Assembly: GCA_049724395.1 (NCBI GenBank)
Contig: JAUGWO010000032.1
Location: 1-62,562 of the forward strand
Direction: 5' to 3'
Source of the DNA: Spongospora subterranea f. sp. subterranea
Taxonomy: Eukaryota
Length of the DNA: 62,562 bases
Below the pieces are notes generated by a model, which worked only from the letters and a program-made list of their open reading frames with translations, made no database searches and was not told the DNA's origin. Of the stretch, positions 39,401-53,371 are shown piece after piece. Made by a program: the position numbers and the translations under genes. The stretch's first letter is position 1, and every line of letters starts with the position of its first letter.

Positions 39401-42232
39401 GCAGATCTCCCCATGCATCAACGATATACCGGACAGTTCTGTTCTGAAGAGACACGAGGTTGAATCCTCTATAAGATATGCTAAATTCAAAGAAGACACT
39501 TGCACCTCAATTGAGTACGCTTGTTTTAGAAAGCGAGAATCTGGATTTACAGGTGTAGGACTGGTCCTGACAAAGTCAGAAGCAAACAGGATCAAACTCG
39601 GATCACAAGTCAGATTAAACGAAAATATTGTACAAGATATTTCGTAGTGGACCTCGGAAGATGACATATTGCAGTCAAATATTAATTGAAAAGCAGGAGA
39701 ATCGCCTTGAGAAGCGTCATTCTGGAGATCATGATTGGATAGATTGCTAATTGAGATCCAATGAGAAAATTCCGAAGTTGTGGACGGAATTCGGCAGTTT
39801 TCAACAGTCAAATAGGAGAAGGAGACCTCGTGTTTAGAAAGTTTAGAAAGCGTCCTATTAAAATGAGATCTAAATCGTATGGAACTACATGTTGCCAAAG
39901 AAGTATCTAAAGAATCCAATGACGAAAAATAACGACATGAGACGACGGGTATTTGAAGTTCCACGTCTAAAACCAGCCAAAAGACAGGGGAATTTTGCGG
40001 TTCGATCTGAGAAACGATAACGTCGGTCGATGACAGTTTGTGTAAAATGTCTTTCAGCATTGAGCAATCCTCATTAGAGACAGCAACCCTGATCGGAGGT
40101 AGCGAAGACTTGACGTAGATGGAAAAAACGCTGTCACTCAGAGAAACCTCAATGGTGATGGACACTTGCGGAATATAATCTAATAGCGAATGCGATCGAG
40201 GTGAGTCAGAATTGTCTTCATACAGTAGCGAATCGAGACTGATATCTAGAATATGAACATCGAGACTTAACCTCTCTTGAACATCAGGCCCGTCTTCACT
40301 GAGATCCAGGAGGTTAGACAGACTAATCTGGCCGATTTGAAGCTGGACTGTAGCAAGCGAAGATGGAAATTGGAAGGTGACTGAAGTGAGATCCACATCA
40401 ACAGATACGGATGGCAAAGCATGGACTAGAGCAGTAGAATCTCCTGATTGAGTAAACCTTGGACGTAAAGTGGTCAATAATCTCAATAATACATCAGAAA
40501 CGATGATTTTAACAGGCCGAACAAAAACAGATATGTCAATCTTGACCGCAGTGCGTTGTAGCCTGACGTCAATTATAGGATCGGCATTGAAGGAAACCCT
40601 TCGATCGATGGATGCTCCTATTTCAGGTTCAAACGGCTGGATTAGCTGGTGAAACCGATCACTGGTCGATATCTGATTATTGAAAGCAAAAATCTGGTAA
40701 ATCGTGAAGGTCAGGGTAGTGTCATCAAGCTGTTGTTTGATATCCCCAGCAAATCTCGTTATGATTAACTCTCCAAACGGAGATCCAGAGGACGTTACTA
40801 CGATGAACTTAGCCTCATCAATTCGAAAACGTAGGGAGGCTTTGATCTTGGTGATAGAGGGGTCGGATTCCTCAGTTAGTGAATGAACCGCACCAGAACT
40901 GATGTTGTCTTGGGAAACACCACCTTCCAAAGACTGCGAAAACACAAAACTAGATATATATGATCTCCAGCTTTTACGATGATCCCTTTGCCAGTTTGCG
41001 ATAGATTGAGCTTGAACTTCTTCATCGCTTGCTAAGCTTCGTTCGGCTATCTCCCGCATTAAAACTATTGAACTCATACGTGTCCTCGACTCGATTGCCC
41101 GAAGTTGCTTTATACGCCCAGGATCGCCCGAATCAGGACCAAGTTCAGCTTTAAACAGTGAGGTATATTTCACGAAATCTTGACGGAATGAGCGAATATG
41201 ACGCCATGAAAATGGTTGCGCCATGTGATTTCCGATAATAAATCGCCACCATACCTTAGCGTTCCCGAGAATGGGAACCGTTGGTCGGTTGGGCAACGAT
41301 GCTTCTCCATTTACATCTGGTTGTCCCCCGTTAGCCCTGTTGAAATCTAGAACTTTTCCGGCTAAACAAGCAGCTTGCTGAGATATTGTGTCTGATATAC
41401 AAACTTTAACTGAAGAACACGAAGCCTGAACCAGTAGACGGGGTATGGGTGGTGCAGGCTGGACATCTGACGACGGTTGAGGTTTTGTCAACCGTACTAA
41501 CGCAGATATCGATAAAGGAGAGACAACGTAATTGGGTCTCAGAACCGGTTTCTCGCTTTCATTAAACACTGAGTCGACAACCATGCCGGCAGAAGTCGAA
41601 AGATTTTCTGAATTAACCCAGTGTAGAAATAGGCCGACCACAGAAACAGCTTTATAAGCAAACGCATCTTGAGAACCGGTTATGGATGGGTGACCTGCAT
41701 CATCAGTCGATTGGACGACAACAGACTGCAATGAAAATACCATGGCAAACGGATCAGGAACCGGTCGGTTCTCAATCCGTATATTCACGTTGTTGACCTC
41801 AAGATGAAAGTTATAGAAGAGACTTGACGATAATCGTTGCGCGAACCCAATGTCAAACCCAGGTCGCCGTTTCCGAACATTCATTTCATGATCATCAAGA
41901 TATGATTCTTTTTGCCGAAGATATGCTGCAGCTTTACTGTATGTGGAAAAGTCGATATCTGCAACGATATGAATTCCGTCAATTACGAAGTTAACAGCGG
42001 CATTTGTGAGGTTAACCCATGGAACCGTAACATGCAGGTGATCAATTCGACCAGATAGGATCCGCAGAGGTATATTGATTGAAGAAAAAGCATCGCTTCT
42101 CAGTTTAAGGTCATGAAGATCCAATTTCCCATTCCATACACCTAACGATGTTACGATCTTGCTCTTATCAAAGCCATCAATGTACAAATCCAGGAACGAT
42201 GAAAGACGAGACGCAACCAAATTCTCAAACAT
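33402..42232 (-). CDS. VPS13: Vacuolar protein sorting 13 family lipid-transfer protein (~2940 aa after correcting two +1 breaks)
   Basis: Chorein_N start MFENLVASRLSSFLDLYIDGFDKSKI..GVWNGKLDLHDLKLR; VAB-type repeats (YWLVNRTGLDL, PRYILHNMT, PYKIENFT, FAWDEP); LQLDNQ; C-terminal ASADVLGNPFVLLSSLISGVRDV and RSRLPRQF; three overlapping ORFs. Confidence 0.92.
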
Positions 42233-43007
42233 AACTTGTTCGGATATAGCGGCGCTTATCAGGTTGACATTATCATGAAGATGTTTTGGGTATTGGGCGA
42301 ATGATGGTGCCTAGGAATTATCAAACGATGCGTGGGACGTCTAGCAGCTACTCTCAGACGGAGATCTGGAGAATTGAGATCGACCTTTACGACCAATGAA
42401 TGGAAATGACACCGTCGACAGACCAACCCACAGGAGGTAATCGAATTTTAAAAGAAGAGCGTTACAACGACTCAGATCCAGATCCTGGAGTTCACAGAGA
42501 CAGGTAAATGTTGCGCGCCTACGTGCCGACGCACCATCGCCGGCGCGGGAGTCGAGACTGCTGCTGTGAACGGTCCTACAGTATTTCATGCTTTGGCTCC
42601 CAATCGTCTCATATAGCAAGTACGGCCTGAATCATCTCGTCGCTGAACCCTCACATTTGTGATAGCGTGCAAAGAAACGGAATTTCAAAGCAGGCAATGC
42701 AGGAATCGGGCCCAGCCACGTGCATCAGAACCCTACTTTCACAGAAGGGATCTTGCGTCGCCCATCTGGCGAATCTTCTGGTTATTCTTTTTTTTGGATT
42801 AATCGACTGAAACGGCTGTCTGATGGCATTATTGGCCTTAAAAAGCGTGTTTATATCTTAGCATGCAGTTTTGTGCTCCTGCATGGAGTCTCGGTGCATG
42901 TTTTGTTGACGAATGGAGGTACTGTAGACCATTTTACAGGCGGTTTCCTTATAATAACACCAAAAATCGTCGTACTTATTTCATCATTGAATCGTTGGAA
43001 ATTAGTG

Positions 43008-43215
43008 AAGTCCACAAGATCCAAACCCCGTTCCTATCACCATCTGATTTACCATGGCCGCACTTTATGCGACAAATCACAAATGCGATCATATCGCTTG
43101 TTTCGCGTCCTGAACAAATTCCCCAAGCGATATGATAGCATTTGTGATTTGTCGCATAAGTAAGGCCATGTTAAATTGGATGGCGATAGTAACAGGACTT
43201 GGATTTTGTGGACTT
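43008..43215. repeat. Long imperfect inverted repeat (~92-bp arms, 23-bp spacer)
   Basis: 43008-43100 is the near reverse complement of 43124-43215 (core TTATGCGACAAATCACAAATGCGATCATATCGCTTG / CAAGCGATATGATAGCATTTGTGATTTGTCGCATAA). Confidence 0.9.
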
Positions 43216-43599
43216 GCGGATCCACAGAGCGGTTTTGAGAAATTGCGTCATCCAAATTTGAAAGATTCGGCGGCAGATGCTTCCAAACGTCGCCATTGCA
43301 CCAAAAGATACACACAACCCGAGTGTGGATTTCGACGAACATCGAGTATGCAGTTAACGTTGATGTAAAACCATGATGAGGAGTTCAGAATGCGACAGTG
43401 TCAATGAAATACCGTTCGGCAAGGCGAAGGAAAGAGACGATGTGAAAACAAAAAAGAAGTGTTTATCAGCAACGGGAAGGCGTAACAAACACAGATTTCG
43501 TCATTTTGTTCATACTATAACGAAACTTGAAGTAAAGTGAGTCAGGGGTCGTTAAAGCGACCAATGCGGTCATAATCTGTCATAATCATCACAAACAGA

Positions 43600-44560
43600 G
43601 AGACGAAACTCTCTCAATTTTATTTAAGAAATGTCGCAACTGTTGAGACGTATCTGAGTCACTGCCGTCCTTGGAAAACGGCGATTTTGTAGTGGAGTTC
43701 ACAAAAGAAGCCAGCATTTCTTGGGCAAATGGGGCTGACGAAGGTAATCTGGGCATTTATTATCAATGTGCGAAACTGATTTTCCTGAATTCATGGAGCT
43801 GTCGAAACCTTGCCATTTGTCAAAGATTCTTATGGCTTTGGTTTGGTTGTTGATCTGGAGATCTAATTGGGTTCGGTTTCACATCTTGCTCCAGCATGAG
43901 CAAGTGGTGGAGTCCCTCTTCAGTTTCGTGTCGAGCAGAATTCCAATGAAATCGATCCTCAACAACACTTATGATGTCATGGTGTCCAACCCAACGAACC
44001 AACAATTTCAAACCTGCATCATGAAGGCGAAATTTGGCAATGGAGCCCGTTGACGAATATTGGTTCCTTCTCGTCATATATACGACGATTCTCTGCATTC
44101 GATTGTGAAGCGTTCAAATCGGATGGAAAGACCTTGCGAAAAGAATCGTGTCAAGCAAATATTGTTGTTAATTATTATAATACTGCTGGGCGATCCTTTA
44201 GCTGATAATGATTTACACTAAAACGAACCAAAATATTCCGAGCATTTTAGTCTGAATCCAACAGAAGCGTTTTCGAAACTCGTTGTTGATGGGAACGGAT
44301 AAGAGGAAACTGAGATTGTGGGCGAAAAGGTATATGTTTACAAACTAACCATTACTCCTTCCGTCCCATCGAACCGAATTTATTGGTGAACATGCCCAGT
44401 CACATCGAGTCAAATACTTGCTGTACTAGTACGTAGTTTGAGTGACAAGGTCTTCAGGGCAAGACAACGATTGAGAGAGTTGGTGTCTTCTCGACAACGA
44501 CACTTTGCCCAAATGTAGATTTGTTGCTTCCTTGACCTTTCATGGTTTCGATCATACATC
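43600..44560 (-). mobile_element. Decayed hAT-like transposase relic
   Basis: FDGT(W)-like segment near 44370 and DRFHWNSARH..HHLLMLEQDV resembling hAT TRWNS..ML.R; heavily disrupted. Confidence 0.4.
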
Positions 44561-44599
44561 CTTGTAAGGTTAGGAACACGTTATTCAGGGCAACAGATT

Positions 44600-47500
44600 C
44601 CAAATCATCATTATTCCTTTGTGGTAGTTGATGCCGCAGACTCTGTATGGATCGAGAAAATCCTAAGTCGTGTACGTTCAGGTGTGGACTATTTGCTGGT
44701 TGTTGAACACAGTTCGATTAGGCAATCCTGGCCCTTTAATGCTTCCGTAGCAATCGGGTCATTGGCTTTTGAGTGTGGCCTTGCATTATCCTGCTGCACA
44801 TACATTCTGCTATGTGTTTGACCAGCCCATGTTATAGGCCTTTCTCGCGTATTGCTGGAATTACAGGTATCTGGCTTTTCAACTGATGTACATGCATTTC
44901 TAATCTGTGTGGGATGTGTCTCCTACTTGGAAAGATGAATCGCGTTCGAATTGTTTCAGGGAGGACGAAGCTTCTGACATGTTCCATTGTTCCAGCAGGC
45001 CGTTTTTTTGCTTTTCATTTGTACAGGTACTTTGTATACGAATGGCCAGATTCCGATTGTTCCGTCGAACACTTGCTTGGAACTCGTATCGTACCGTGGC
45101 TTTGCCAAATCATTTTTGTGATGAATCTCTCACTTTGTGCTGTAGAAGGAGGAGGTTTTTCGCCTTTCGCCAAGTAGTACCTTTGGTTAGTTTTGGTCAG
45201 GTAAACCATTCACGTCGAGATCAGAGATGCAGAATTGAATTCGTTCGAGTTTGCTCCGCTCGGTCAAATAGGGTTTTATAGAGTTAGTATGGGGCTGTAT
45301 TAATCCTCCTTCGGCGATGCAAAGTGCTTGTGGAAACATTCAAGTGATTCGCCGTCGAGCTTGGCGCAATGTCAACGGGAAGGTCATGATTGCCTCAAGA
45401 TCCAAAGTAACTGCGTTCTTACGTCCTGACCTGCCAATATGTCTAGCTGCTGTATATCAACCTCCCTTCTGATAATGATTGACAGCCACGATTGTAGATT
45501 TTTTTGATTGAGGTTTCATTTACTCTGAATCTTGTTGCAGTGGCGGAAATGGTCGCTATCATCAACTTATCTGACACATCCGGATTCTTCCTTCTGGCAT
45601 TGAGAAAATCCCAAAGGCATTGGCCTGAGCAGCGAGTACTGTCATTGTTGTTTCCGTTATTTTGTCTTTGAGCAGTGGGAGTCCTGATATTGCATGTAGC
45701 AGCGATATTGGTGGGAAACATCCTGTATATGCTATTTTATACTCTGTAGGCTGTCTCAATGGGTTTCAATGTTCTTTTCATGTTTGTGTTGAGTTCTCTT
45801 GCCAGCCAAGGCTAGTAGTACTCTTCTCAGTTTCCCTCCAATAAATCCTCTGCATACCTGTTGATATGTCCTATATGGGATCCCCCATTCTGCTCATCTT
45901 CTGGGTTAGCAGAGTTTCTGCAGCCCGATTGATTTTTTGGAATGTTATCGCTTACTTGTTGTCGTATTCTGTGCTCTATGATTTCTTCGACTATTTTCCC
46001 TATGTTGACGATCAGCGACATTGGTCTATATTCACCTGGTTTGGCATTGGGCAGTGGTCAAATCTTGTGGAAGTGTCCTGCGTCTATGATGCCAACATTA
46101 ATAGCTTTCAGCAATGTTCCCTTGATTATACCATTTGTCTGATCAGGCTATTGGGGATCCAGTCCACACCGCCAGCAGATTCGCTGCTGGCTTTTTTACG
46201 CTCGCTCCTGTTCTCTTATGGTAATATATGTGCGTTTGGTATTGCCAACCGTTCCTTCCATAATTCTGTTAGGAGTAACTCATGTTTTTCCAATTGTTCT
46301 ATTTCGGTCAGGTCTAGATCTGGTGCACTGTAAGTCTCTTCAAACTTTGAGGCAATGGCTTCCACCTCCTCTTTGGCTTCCGTTCTATGGGTTTCATTTT
46401 CTTCTTTTCTTTTGTTAGTCTGTATGCTGAATTGGGCCAGTTTCCATATTTGTGCTCCAAGACGGGTCCTCTCATGCTGTTTGGACCATTATTGCCAAAT
46501 GTTTGTTGTGACTTTTACTTATTGCTTCTTGAAGTCTAATGCTGCGTTGTTTAGTTCTTCTTGTCCCGTTGTAATCTGGTTTTAACTCTTTCGTGAACGT
46601 ATATCGTAATGTAGTTCGCATCTGAGTTTGTTTGTTAATTTCAGTGCTGCTTTTACTTTGCATTTCCAGAATTTGCATCTGGTCAGTCGGACGTATCGGT
46701 ATTTTATATTACGGGTTGTTGGAGCCTTGCTGTGAAATCTGTGAGTCCTATGTGTTGACCAATGGGCTGAGAGATCTGTTCTGCTAGGTTCATCATTGTT
46801 GATTTGATGTCAAGTTTCTTGATTCGTTTTCAGTTTTCAGGTAGTTTGTTGTCGTTTGTTTTAATATCGTTTTTTACGTTTGTTGGCAGATGGTCGCTGT
46901 TTAAGTCGACATTCACTTTGCAATTCACAATCATTGGGATATCTACCTAGTGTGCTGTCGTTTCTGGAAGTGTTTATTTCCATTATTGATTATTAGGAAG
47001 TCGTCTAACATTCCGTTTAGGTATGTGTGATTTTCTGTATGGTTTATGCCAAACCTTCGATCTCTGATGTTGTGGTCGTCAATTATCGGTTCTGCTCTTG
47101 TTAATTCTACTTATTTCCAGTCAGCTGTTCTTGTTGCTCTTCGATATCAGTGGAATATATGTGTGAATCAATATCATTTTGTAAGATGTTAACGATCTGA
47201 GTAGTACTAATTGCATTCTGTCCGAAACATTGTATTCATCACCGGTGGATATTATCTTTTCAACGTTGACGCGCTGTCTCAAGAATATTCCTGATTGTGT
47301 GTATTGATCATCGCATTCGTAATAAGGGAACTCATGAATTTTTCTTCGTTTTTCAACTCTGAAATGCAAAAGACGTCGATTTGGTTTTCCTCTTCGCAGA
47401 AGGTCAGTTCCTGTGCTTTTTCCTTCGCTTAGTTAACATGCATGCCGTTGGGCTATGGTCAAATTGCTGCTATTATTCACTTGTTTTATTTTGAATATTA

Positions 47501-49200
47501 TTGAGCCGCGCCACAAAACATTGCGTTATTTTCAGTTGCCTTTTTTGTTTGAGGTAAGTTCTGTTTGGACTGTCCCTTTTCGTGTGGTGCTTGGTCTAAT
47601 TCACTGTTTTGGTCACTGATTTTTTGTCCAAGAAAAATTGAGGTGGTGATTCTCAATTTTGGCAAGAAACGATATTGGGTGAATAATTTCATTCATGCCG
47701 TTAGCGAACTTTGGCTCAGCTTTGTAGATGTGGTTGACGTTTCAGAAATGTTCGTCAGTGATTTGTTTTCAGTAATCTTTTTTGAGACCTGTTTTGGGGC
47801 ATTAATTGTTGGGTATTGTTATTTCTATATTGGTTTTCGAGTATTCCTCGCATTGATCATTTGTGGTAATGATGTTATTCATCATCGAGTATCTCTCTAA
47901 TAAGAGAAGAGTCCCATGGTGGTTTAGTCTACTATGTCCCATCGGTGTTGATGGTTTTCCATGCATGTGGTGCAATACATAGATCGTGCTTTTCCATTGA
48001 ACGCTGTCCCGTAATGATTTAATCCTTTTCCTGTATATCTGTGGTCAGAGATTGTTTTGCCTGGCCTATGATGACTAGGTTGATCTCATATATAAAAGCT
48101 GCTATTGTTAATTCGAACAATCCAGTCCATTGTCGGTCCCGTTTCAATATGTCTACTAGAAATGCATCAAGCGTATGATTTTCATTGGGTAATGATCCGG
48201 CGTAGTTCAGTATTTTTGTCGCTATGAGAGTTCCCTTGTTTGGGTCTCTGCCATAATCACATTTGTTTCTACGTAATTGCTGTACAGTAATGTCTGGTAT
48301 TGCTCCTGATGTTCTGATTGCTTCAAGTGCACAGGTGCCTGCTCCAACTACATTTCTAAATCGATAATTACTAGTGTCAAGTCTATGGCATATGTCTGGT
48401 GCAATCCAGTACTGTTTCCATCTTTTGTCATTCTCTTAATGTTGGTATCCTGCAATTGCTGATCCATTTAGTATTCGATCTTGGTGAACATTACTTATGT
48501 TCGTGTCCTTCCTGATGGCATGTGACGCATGTGGTGGCACCAGTGTTCTTTCACGTTTTTGTTTTCCACATCCGCAAAAAGTCTTTTTGTTTGCACCCAA
48601 GCCGTAGTGTTCTTGCCATTAATCTTTGTTCTGGATGCTGTGCATTTTTTCCCGAAAAGTTGTAGCATGTCTTCTTCGAGCGCTTCGTCGGCATGACTCG
48701 CCGTGTTGTTGCCAATGTATTTGGCTTTGGCAGTGTGGCCTTGAGTGCAGAGTAGATCTGCCCTGACACGACGACCCTTTCTGGAATGCCAATTATGGAA
48801 AGTTTTCGGTCCATGTCAGTTTTTTTTTCCCTTTTTTTCTGGTCTGCAATGCTGTCCTTGGTAATGTGCAACGTTTTTTTGAGATATAAATATTGCCTTG
48901 TAGGTTGTTCAATTTGATTATCGATTTTCGTTGAGTTTTCCCTTATTGTAGACTTCGGAAAATACTTGTGTTTTCTTTGGGCTCCAGGTTCCCTTTTGAG
49001 TACTGTTTGTACCATGAATTATCATCTATGGCGATCATGAGGTTGGTCATATCCGGTGCTGTTATGTAATTGTTGTCGGTAGTTACTTTCGTCTACACGA
49101 GTCCTAATTTTCGCTTCTCACACTGTAAAACGATTGCAGCTCTCGGGTTTTATTATTTTTCAATTTTCTTTCGTAATTTTTTTACAACAATGAGATCTGT
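44600..49200 (-). mobile_element. Decayed LINE (OTU-like domain, APE endonuclease, RT), copy 1
   Basis: RT motif PGEYRPMSLIVNIGKIVEEIIEHRIRQQVSDNIPKNQSGCR and NRYAEDL; APE start NLTIAQ near 47465; OTU-like VVGAGTCALEAIR..LNHHGTL at 48360-47905; clear nucleotide homology to ~60700-61880; ends approximate. Confidence 0.8.
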
Positions 49201-49249
49201 ACGAGAAAATCATTTTGGTTGGACACATTTGGGAGGCCCCAATAGATAA

Positions 49250-50300
49250 CCTAAAGTCCTTCATTCAAAAGTTGTCGGGTTAATACTTCCCGCACTGTAC
49301 GAACTAAAATCAATATATCACTCGTTTCCTGTAGTGGATTCCCTGCTTTGTGTTTGCTATATCTTTGTGTGAATATTCTGCCTCGCTCGTTCTTCCGGCC
49401 GTTTGGCTATCCTCTTTGTTACAAGTTTCGAATTGCGCACATATGACACTTTGCCCTTTATGTCACCGACTTTGCTATCAACATCATTGAGACACAGAAT
49501 CCAATCAATTTTCAAACCCATTTCACCAACCTTGAGTAGAAGGCAAAATCCATTACACTGCTTGTTAGGCAGCGTTCACAAAAGCTCAGTTGACTTGAAC
49601 TTTGTAACATCTGAGCATTTGATGCTTTCTTTGTGTGAAGAGAGTTGTTGAATACGTTTGACCGACAGCCAGCTGACGTTTTGTAGGGGCAGTCGTTTGC
49701 TCACTCATTCGGGACCGTAGGTACTGTGCTTTATAGTGAGCTTCGTTCGGACTTTTCGGCAATGCCAAACCTGGCAGCTGCAAACTCGCCTTGTTTTATA
49801 TTTGGCTTTTAGCTCGAGAAATTTGTCAGTGATGAAGTACAGTTTCCTCCTCTTTTGCGTGATAGTTCTATTGTTCTGGTTTTCATTTTTCTTCGACTGC
49901 AGCGATGATCCTGATCCAGAGCCGCTGAATTCCGAAGGAAATGTTCACCAGATGAGTAAAGTTCTACATTTCTTGGCGAGATCATGTTCTGATTGAAATT
50001 AACAGTCCATATAACATTTGCTGACGTTTCGTCAAAAAAAGACTCGATCTTCACCCGTATCCGCAATTTTGATCCGAAAAGTGATCTTATCCATTTATTC
50101 TACTGATTCTGTTTTGACTAACTTTGTAACGTTGTTCAGCTAACTTTGATCAATGTTCGTCAAATGCCTTTTTATCTATCGCTTCGAATTCCCCTTTTTT
50201 CAGTAGAAGCATGTTGCTGAGGCATTTTACGTTCTTTGTTGCTTCGTTCATATATCTCGTCGCATTTCTCGTCAAGGCGTTACTTTCTTTAATTTACCTA
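49250..50300 (-). mobile_element. Possible pogo/Tc5-like (DDE_1) transposase relic
   Basis: FFDETSANVIW, KMKTRTI, ILILVR..VIYWGLPNVS fragments resemble DDE_1 motifs; very decayed. Confidence 0.3.
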
Positions 50301-50929
50301 AGCAAAAGAAACATCGATCTGACAGTGGTTAATAAATCCAGCCACTGTTGCTGATATTTTCTTTCTGGCCGTGAAGTCGACGGTTAGGACTTTGAGCATA
50401 GACTTTAGTCCTGTCACCCAGAACAGCTGCCTTCCAAGTAAACCGGATTGATGTGAGAGAAATCAGCAGTTTTGAGGAGTATCAGTACTTTATAGATAGT
50501 TTTGTTATAGCGTAGCATCCTTGGGCCAGACGTCGGTTCCCCAGTGCACCATGGGCAATTAGGTCGCTCTCCGAACATAAACTCATACGTTCCATCGACT
50601 CACCAAACGGCTTCCACTTCTAGATTCGCCTCTATATTTCTCAATCAGCATTGTAAGACTATCTTTTGATTAGCAGCAATGTTGTTGCTGTGGAAAACAC
50701 TGACATTTTTTCACTGTAAGGACGATGAAGCTCCCCGACCAGTCGATTCATTGAGGGCACTTCAACTGTTCATATGATTCCAGCTGCCCTTCTCTATATT
50801 TTACATGTGATTTTCAGAAGCGTGAAATACTTTTTTCCAGAAAGGCCATGTTATTTACATACTCGGCTAGATATAGGCAGTTGGTGAAGTGAGACGCAAT
50901 GTACATGACCCAGGATCTAAGCATTTCAC

Positions 50930-51390
50930 TGCATCGATTTGATTAGTGGGACCGGTACATTGGGGTTATTGTATGACAGATCATCCGATACATCAGTAAT
51001 TACAATCACTGGATATTCCGACTCTGATTGGGCTGGGGATCTCGATACTTACAGATCGACCTCTGGTTATGTATTTCAAGTGAATGGCTCTCCGGTATAT
51101 CGAGTTAAAAAACAATCTACTACATCTCTGTCATCATGTGAAGCTGAAACCATTGCCTCGTGAACTACACCCAGCACCTCTGAGTCAAATTAATCATGGT
51201 TCTATTGCGTTTGGAATTAGTGCAATTATTCATTCAAAGATGAAACACATTGATATTCGTGAGCATGATATTGGAAACTGGATCAAACAAATAATGCAAA
51301 ATCGTGTACGTCCTCTCAAAAGATAATCTGGCTGGTATGTTTACCGAGGGTCTGTGCAAGGAAAATGCTGTAGTAGTGTAGTTGGGGGGA
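50930..51390 (+). mobile_element. Ty1/copia RNase H / 3' pol fragment
   Basis: ITGYSDSDWAGDLDTYRSTSGYVF, KKQSTTSLSSCEAE, HSKMKHIDIREH, DNLAGMFTEGL followed by purine run GGGGGGA. Confidence 0.88.
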
Positions 51391-51611
51391 TTCAGACTTG
51401 AACCCGTCCTGCACTCGATATCCCCGTCCATCCACTGATATCCGCTCGTTTGTGATCCGTACCAATATCACCTTTTCGATTCTTTTGCTCATGAATAAAA
51501 TGCAGCTGCAGAGCAAGATATGGCATCGCGCTACGATAACCATACTTGGATCCCCGTCGACCGCCCACGCCACGTGAGAGCAATTCAGGGTAGATGGATT
51601 TTCACCGAACA

Positions 51612-51759
51612 GGTATGGTGTGGTTTGAAATACCGCAAAGGTTCGCGGATTCTGATGCTTTGAGTAATCCTGTGTACTACCAGTGAGTCCTTACATCCGC
51701 CTGGTTGCTACAGCCTACAAGTAGCTTGGGTATCCATTGAAGGAACATATTAGACCAGC
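51612..51759 (-). mobile_element. SINE-like element, copy B
   Basis: Homologous to copies A and C; degenerate flanking repeat TGGATTTTCACCGAACA / TGGATTCAGCAACA. Confidence 0.7.
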
Positions 51760-52348
51760 TGGATTCAGCAACATAACCTGTCCTAACTACCACACCGAAT
51801 GGGACCTGCCCCCACCGGATTACGTTGCCTATCTAGTGTAACGAGTTTACTGCCAGGCAACTCACTCTCCCACATTCCTTCACCAAACACAAGGACAACA
51901 ACATTCACCTCAAAAAGCCAAAGCTAGATTTCTCGCGAAGAAATATTCTCAAACCTATGTCAACAACACCTGTAAAAAAACCCAGAGATTCTTTACCACA
52001 TCCTATTTTAACGTATCACTTCTGCTCCCCATTTACGTCCAACAGCCTGAAGGTCATGGTATGCATGCTTACAAAAATAGTCTACGGCTTCAAGATGAAA
52101 CATCAAAGATGCTAGGATTAGAGGCAAGATACAGTGACAAAAGCATCATCCTCAACAAAGGGAATATACGCTCGCTATCTTATCCCATTTCGGACTGGAG
52201 AATTGCTAGCCATTGATCTAAATTCTGATTGGTCGCAAAACCAAATATGGCTGACAAAGAGAATGATCGCAAAATATCCCCTATTCCCAATTTGCTGTAT
52301 CCTAGATAGATGAATAGTTTTGTTGGTGCAAACAAGTTTTACTGAAGT

Positions 52349-52912
52349 TCATTCCGGATGTTTGAAACGTGACCATTTTTTGATGGAGGGCAAAACTGAT
52401 AATATCCAGAATGCTATAGAGAACCACATTCGGAACAGGAATACTGCAAAAGCTAGAAATATGGATTTAGCAGGATCATATTGTCGGTATGAGACAGCAA
52501 CGTTTATGGCAATTATCCCCATAATTACTGAAACAATTGTGGTCAATAGGGCAGCAAGCGATGCAAATGTGACCGGAGTACTCGTTAAATCAAGGACTGG
52601 ATAGCGTTTGAGGCATTGCTTTTTGGCGACTGTGAAAGATTGATTGAGACATTTAAAGAAAAAAATAGCACTAAGAGCCTTAACGGTGAGATTCTTTTTC
52701 ACGGACGGCGGCTGACAGCGAAGAACAAAGCAGTAGCACGAGAGCACAGAAAACGATGTCATAGTATCGCATACCTGACCCTGATGACAATAAATACTGT
52801 AGTAACTGGTCCGTAGTGTGCCTTTTGAACGGCAGGCTGCATTGGCGAAAAGAACAAGCCCGGTCATGGTCCTTGTAAATTCACTGGACAACTCCGTGGC
52901 GTGGGCGCGCAT
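52349..52912 (-). CDS. Possible small membrane protein (orphan)
   Basis: ATG-initiated 187-aa ORF with two hydrophobic segments near the C-terminus; no recognised family. Confidence 0.3.
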   Translation of the reverse strand: MRAHATELSSEFTRTMTGLVLFANAACRSKGTLRTSYYSIYCHQGQVCDTMTSFSVLSCYCFVLRCQPPSVKKNLTVKALSAIFFFKCLNQSFTVAKKQCLKRYPVLDLTSTPVTFASLAALLTTIVSVIMGIIAINVAVSYRQYDPAKSIFLAFAVFLFRMWFSIAFWILSVLPSIKKWSRFKHPE

Positions 52913-53237
52913 TTAATACAAAAGGGTCACGCAAATATTGTCAAGCACAGTTCGTTGATAAGCGATTGCGAGACGAATTGATTTCGCTGATACTTCCTGA
53001 CCGCGTATTCAACCTGTTTGTTAGTCAACTTGCAACCCACTCTTGTTTCTAGGCATCATTTACCGCCAACGTTTCCGAGCGAACTTGCAAATCAGCGTCC
53101 CCGTATTAAAGATCAGAATCCAGCCTCAATATGTACAACTTTTGTATGTTGAAATTTCCACTCTTTACAAACCGTTTCGAACAATCGGGCGAGGAATAAT
53201 CGCAGTTCTCCCTAGTATGTGGGTCTTTCACCCCTCA

Positions 53238-53371
53238 AATGATGGTCTAATAGGTTCCTTCAGTGAATACACAAGCTACTTATTGCGGCCAAAGGGAAGT
53301 AGGGAAAGCCTGGGTGTACACAGGTTTTCAAACCCAAGAACCCGCGAAACTTTGTATTCCATACCATACCA
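53238..53371 (+). mobile_element. SINE-like element, copy C (134 nt, (ATACC)n tail)
   Basis: Flanked by 10-bp direct repeat TCACCCCTCA (53228-53237 and 53372-53381); homologous to copies A and B. Confidence 0.8.
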
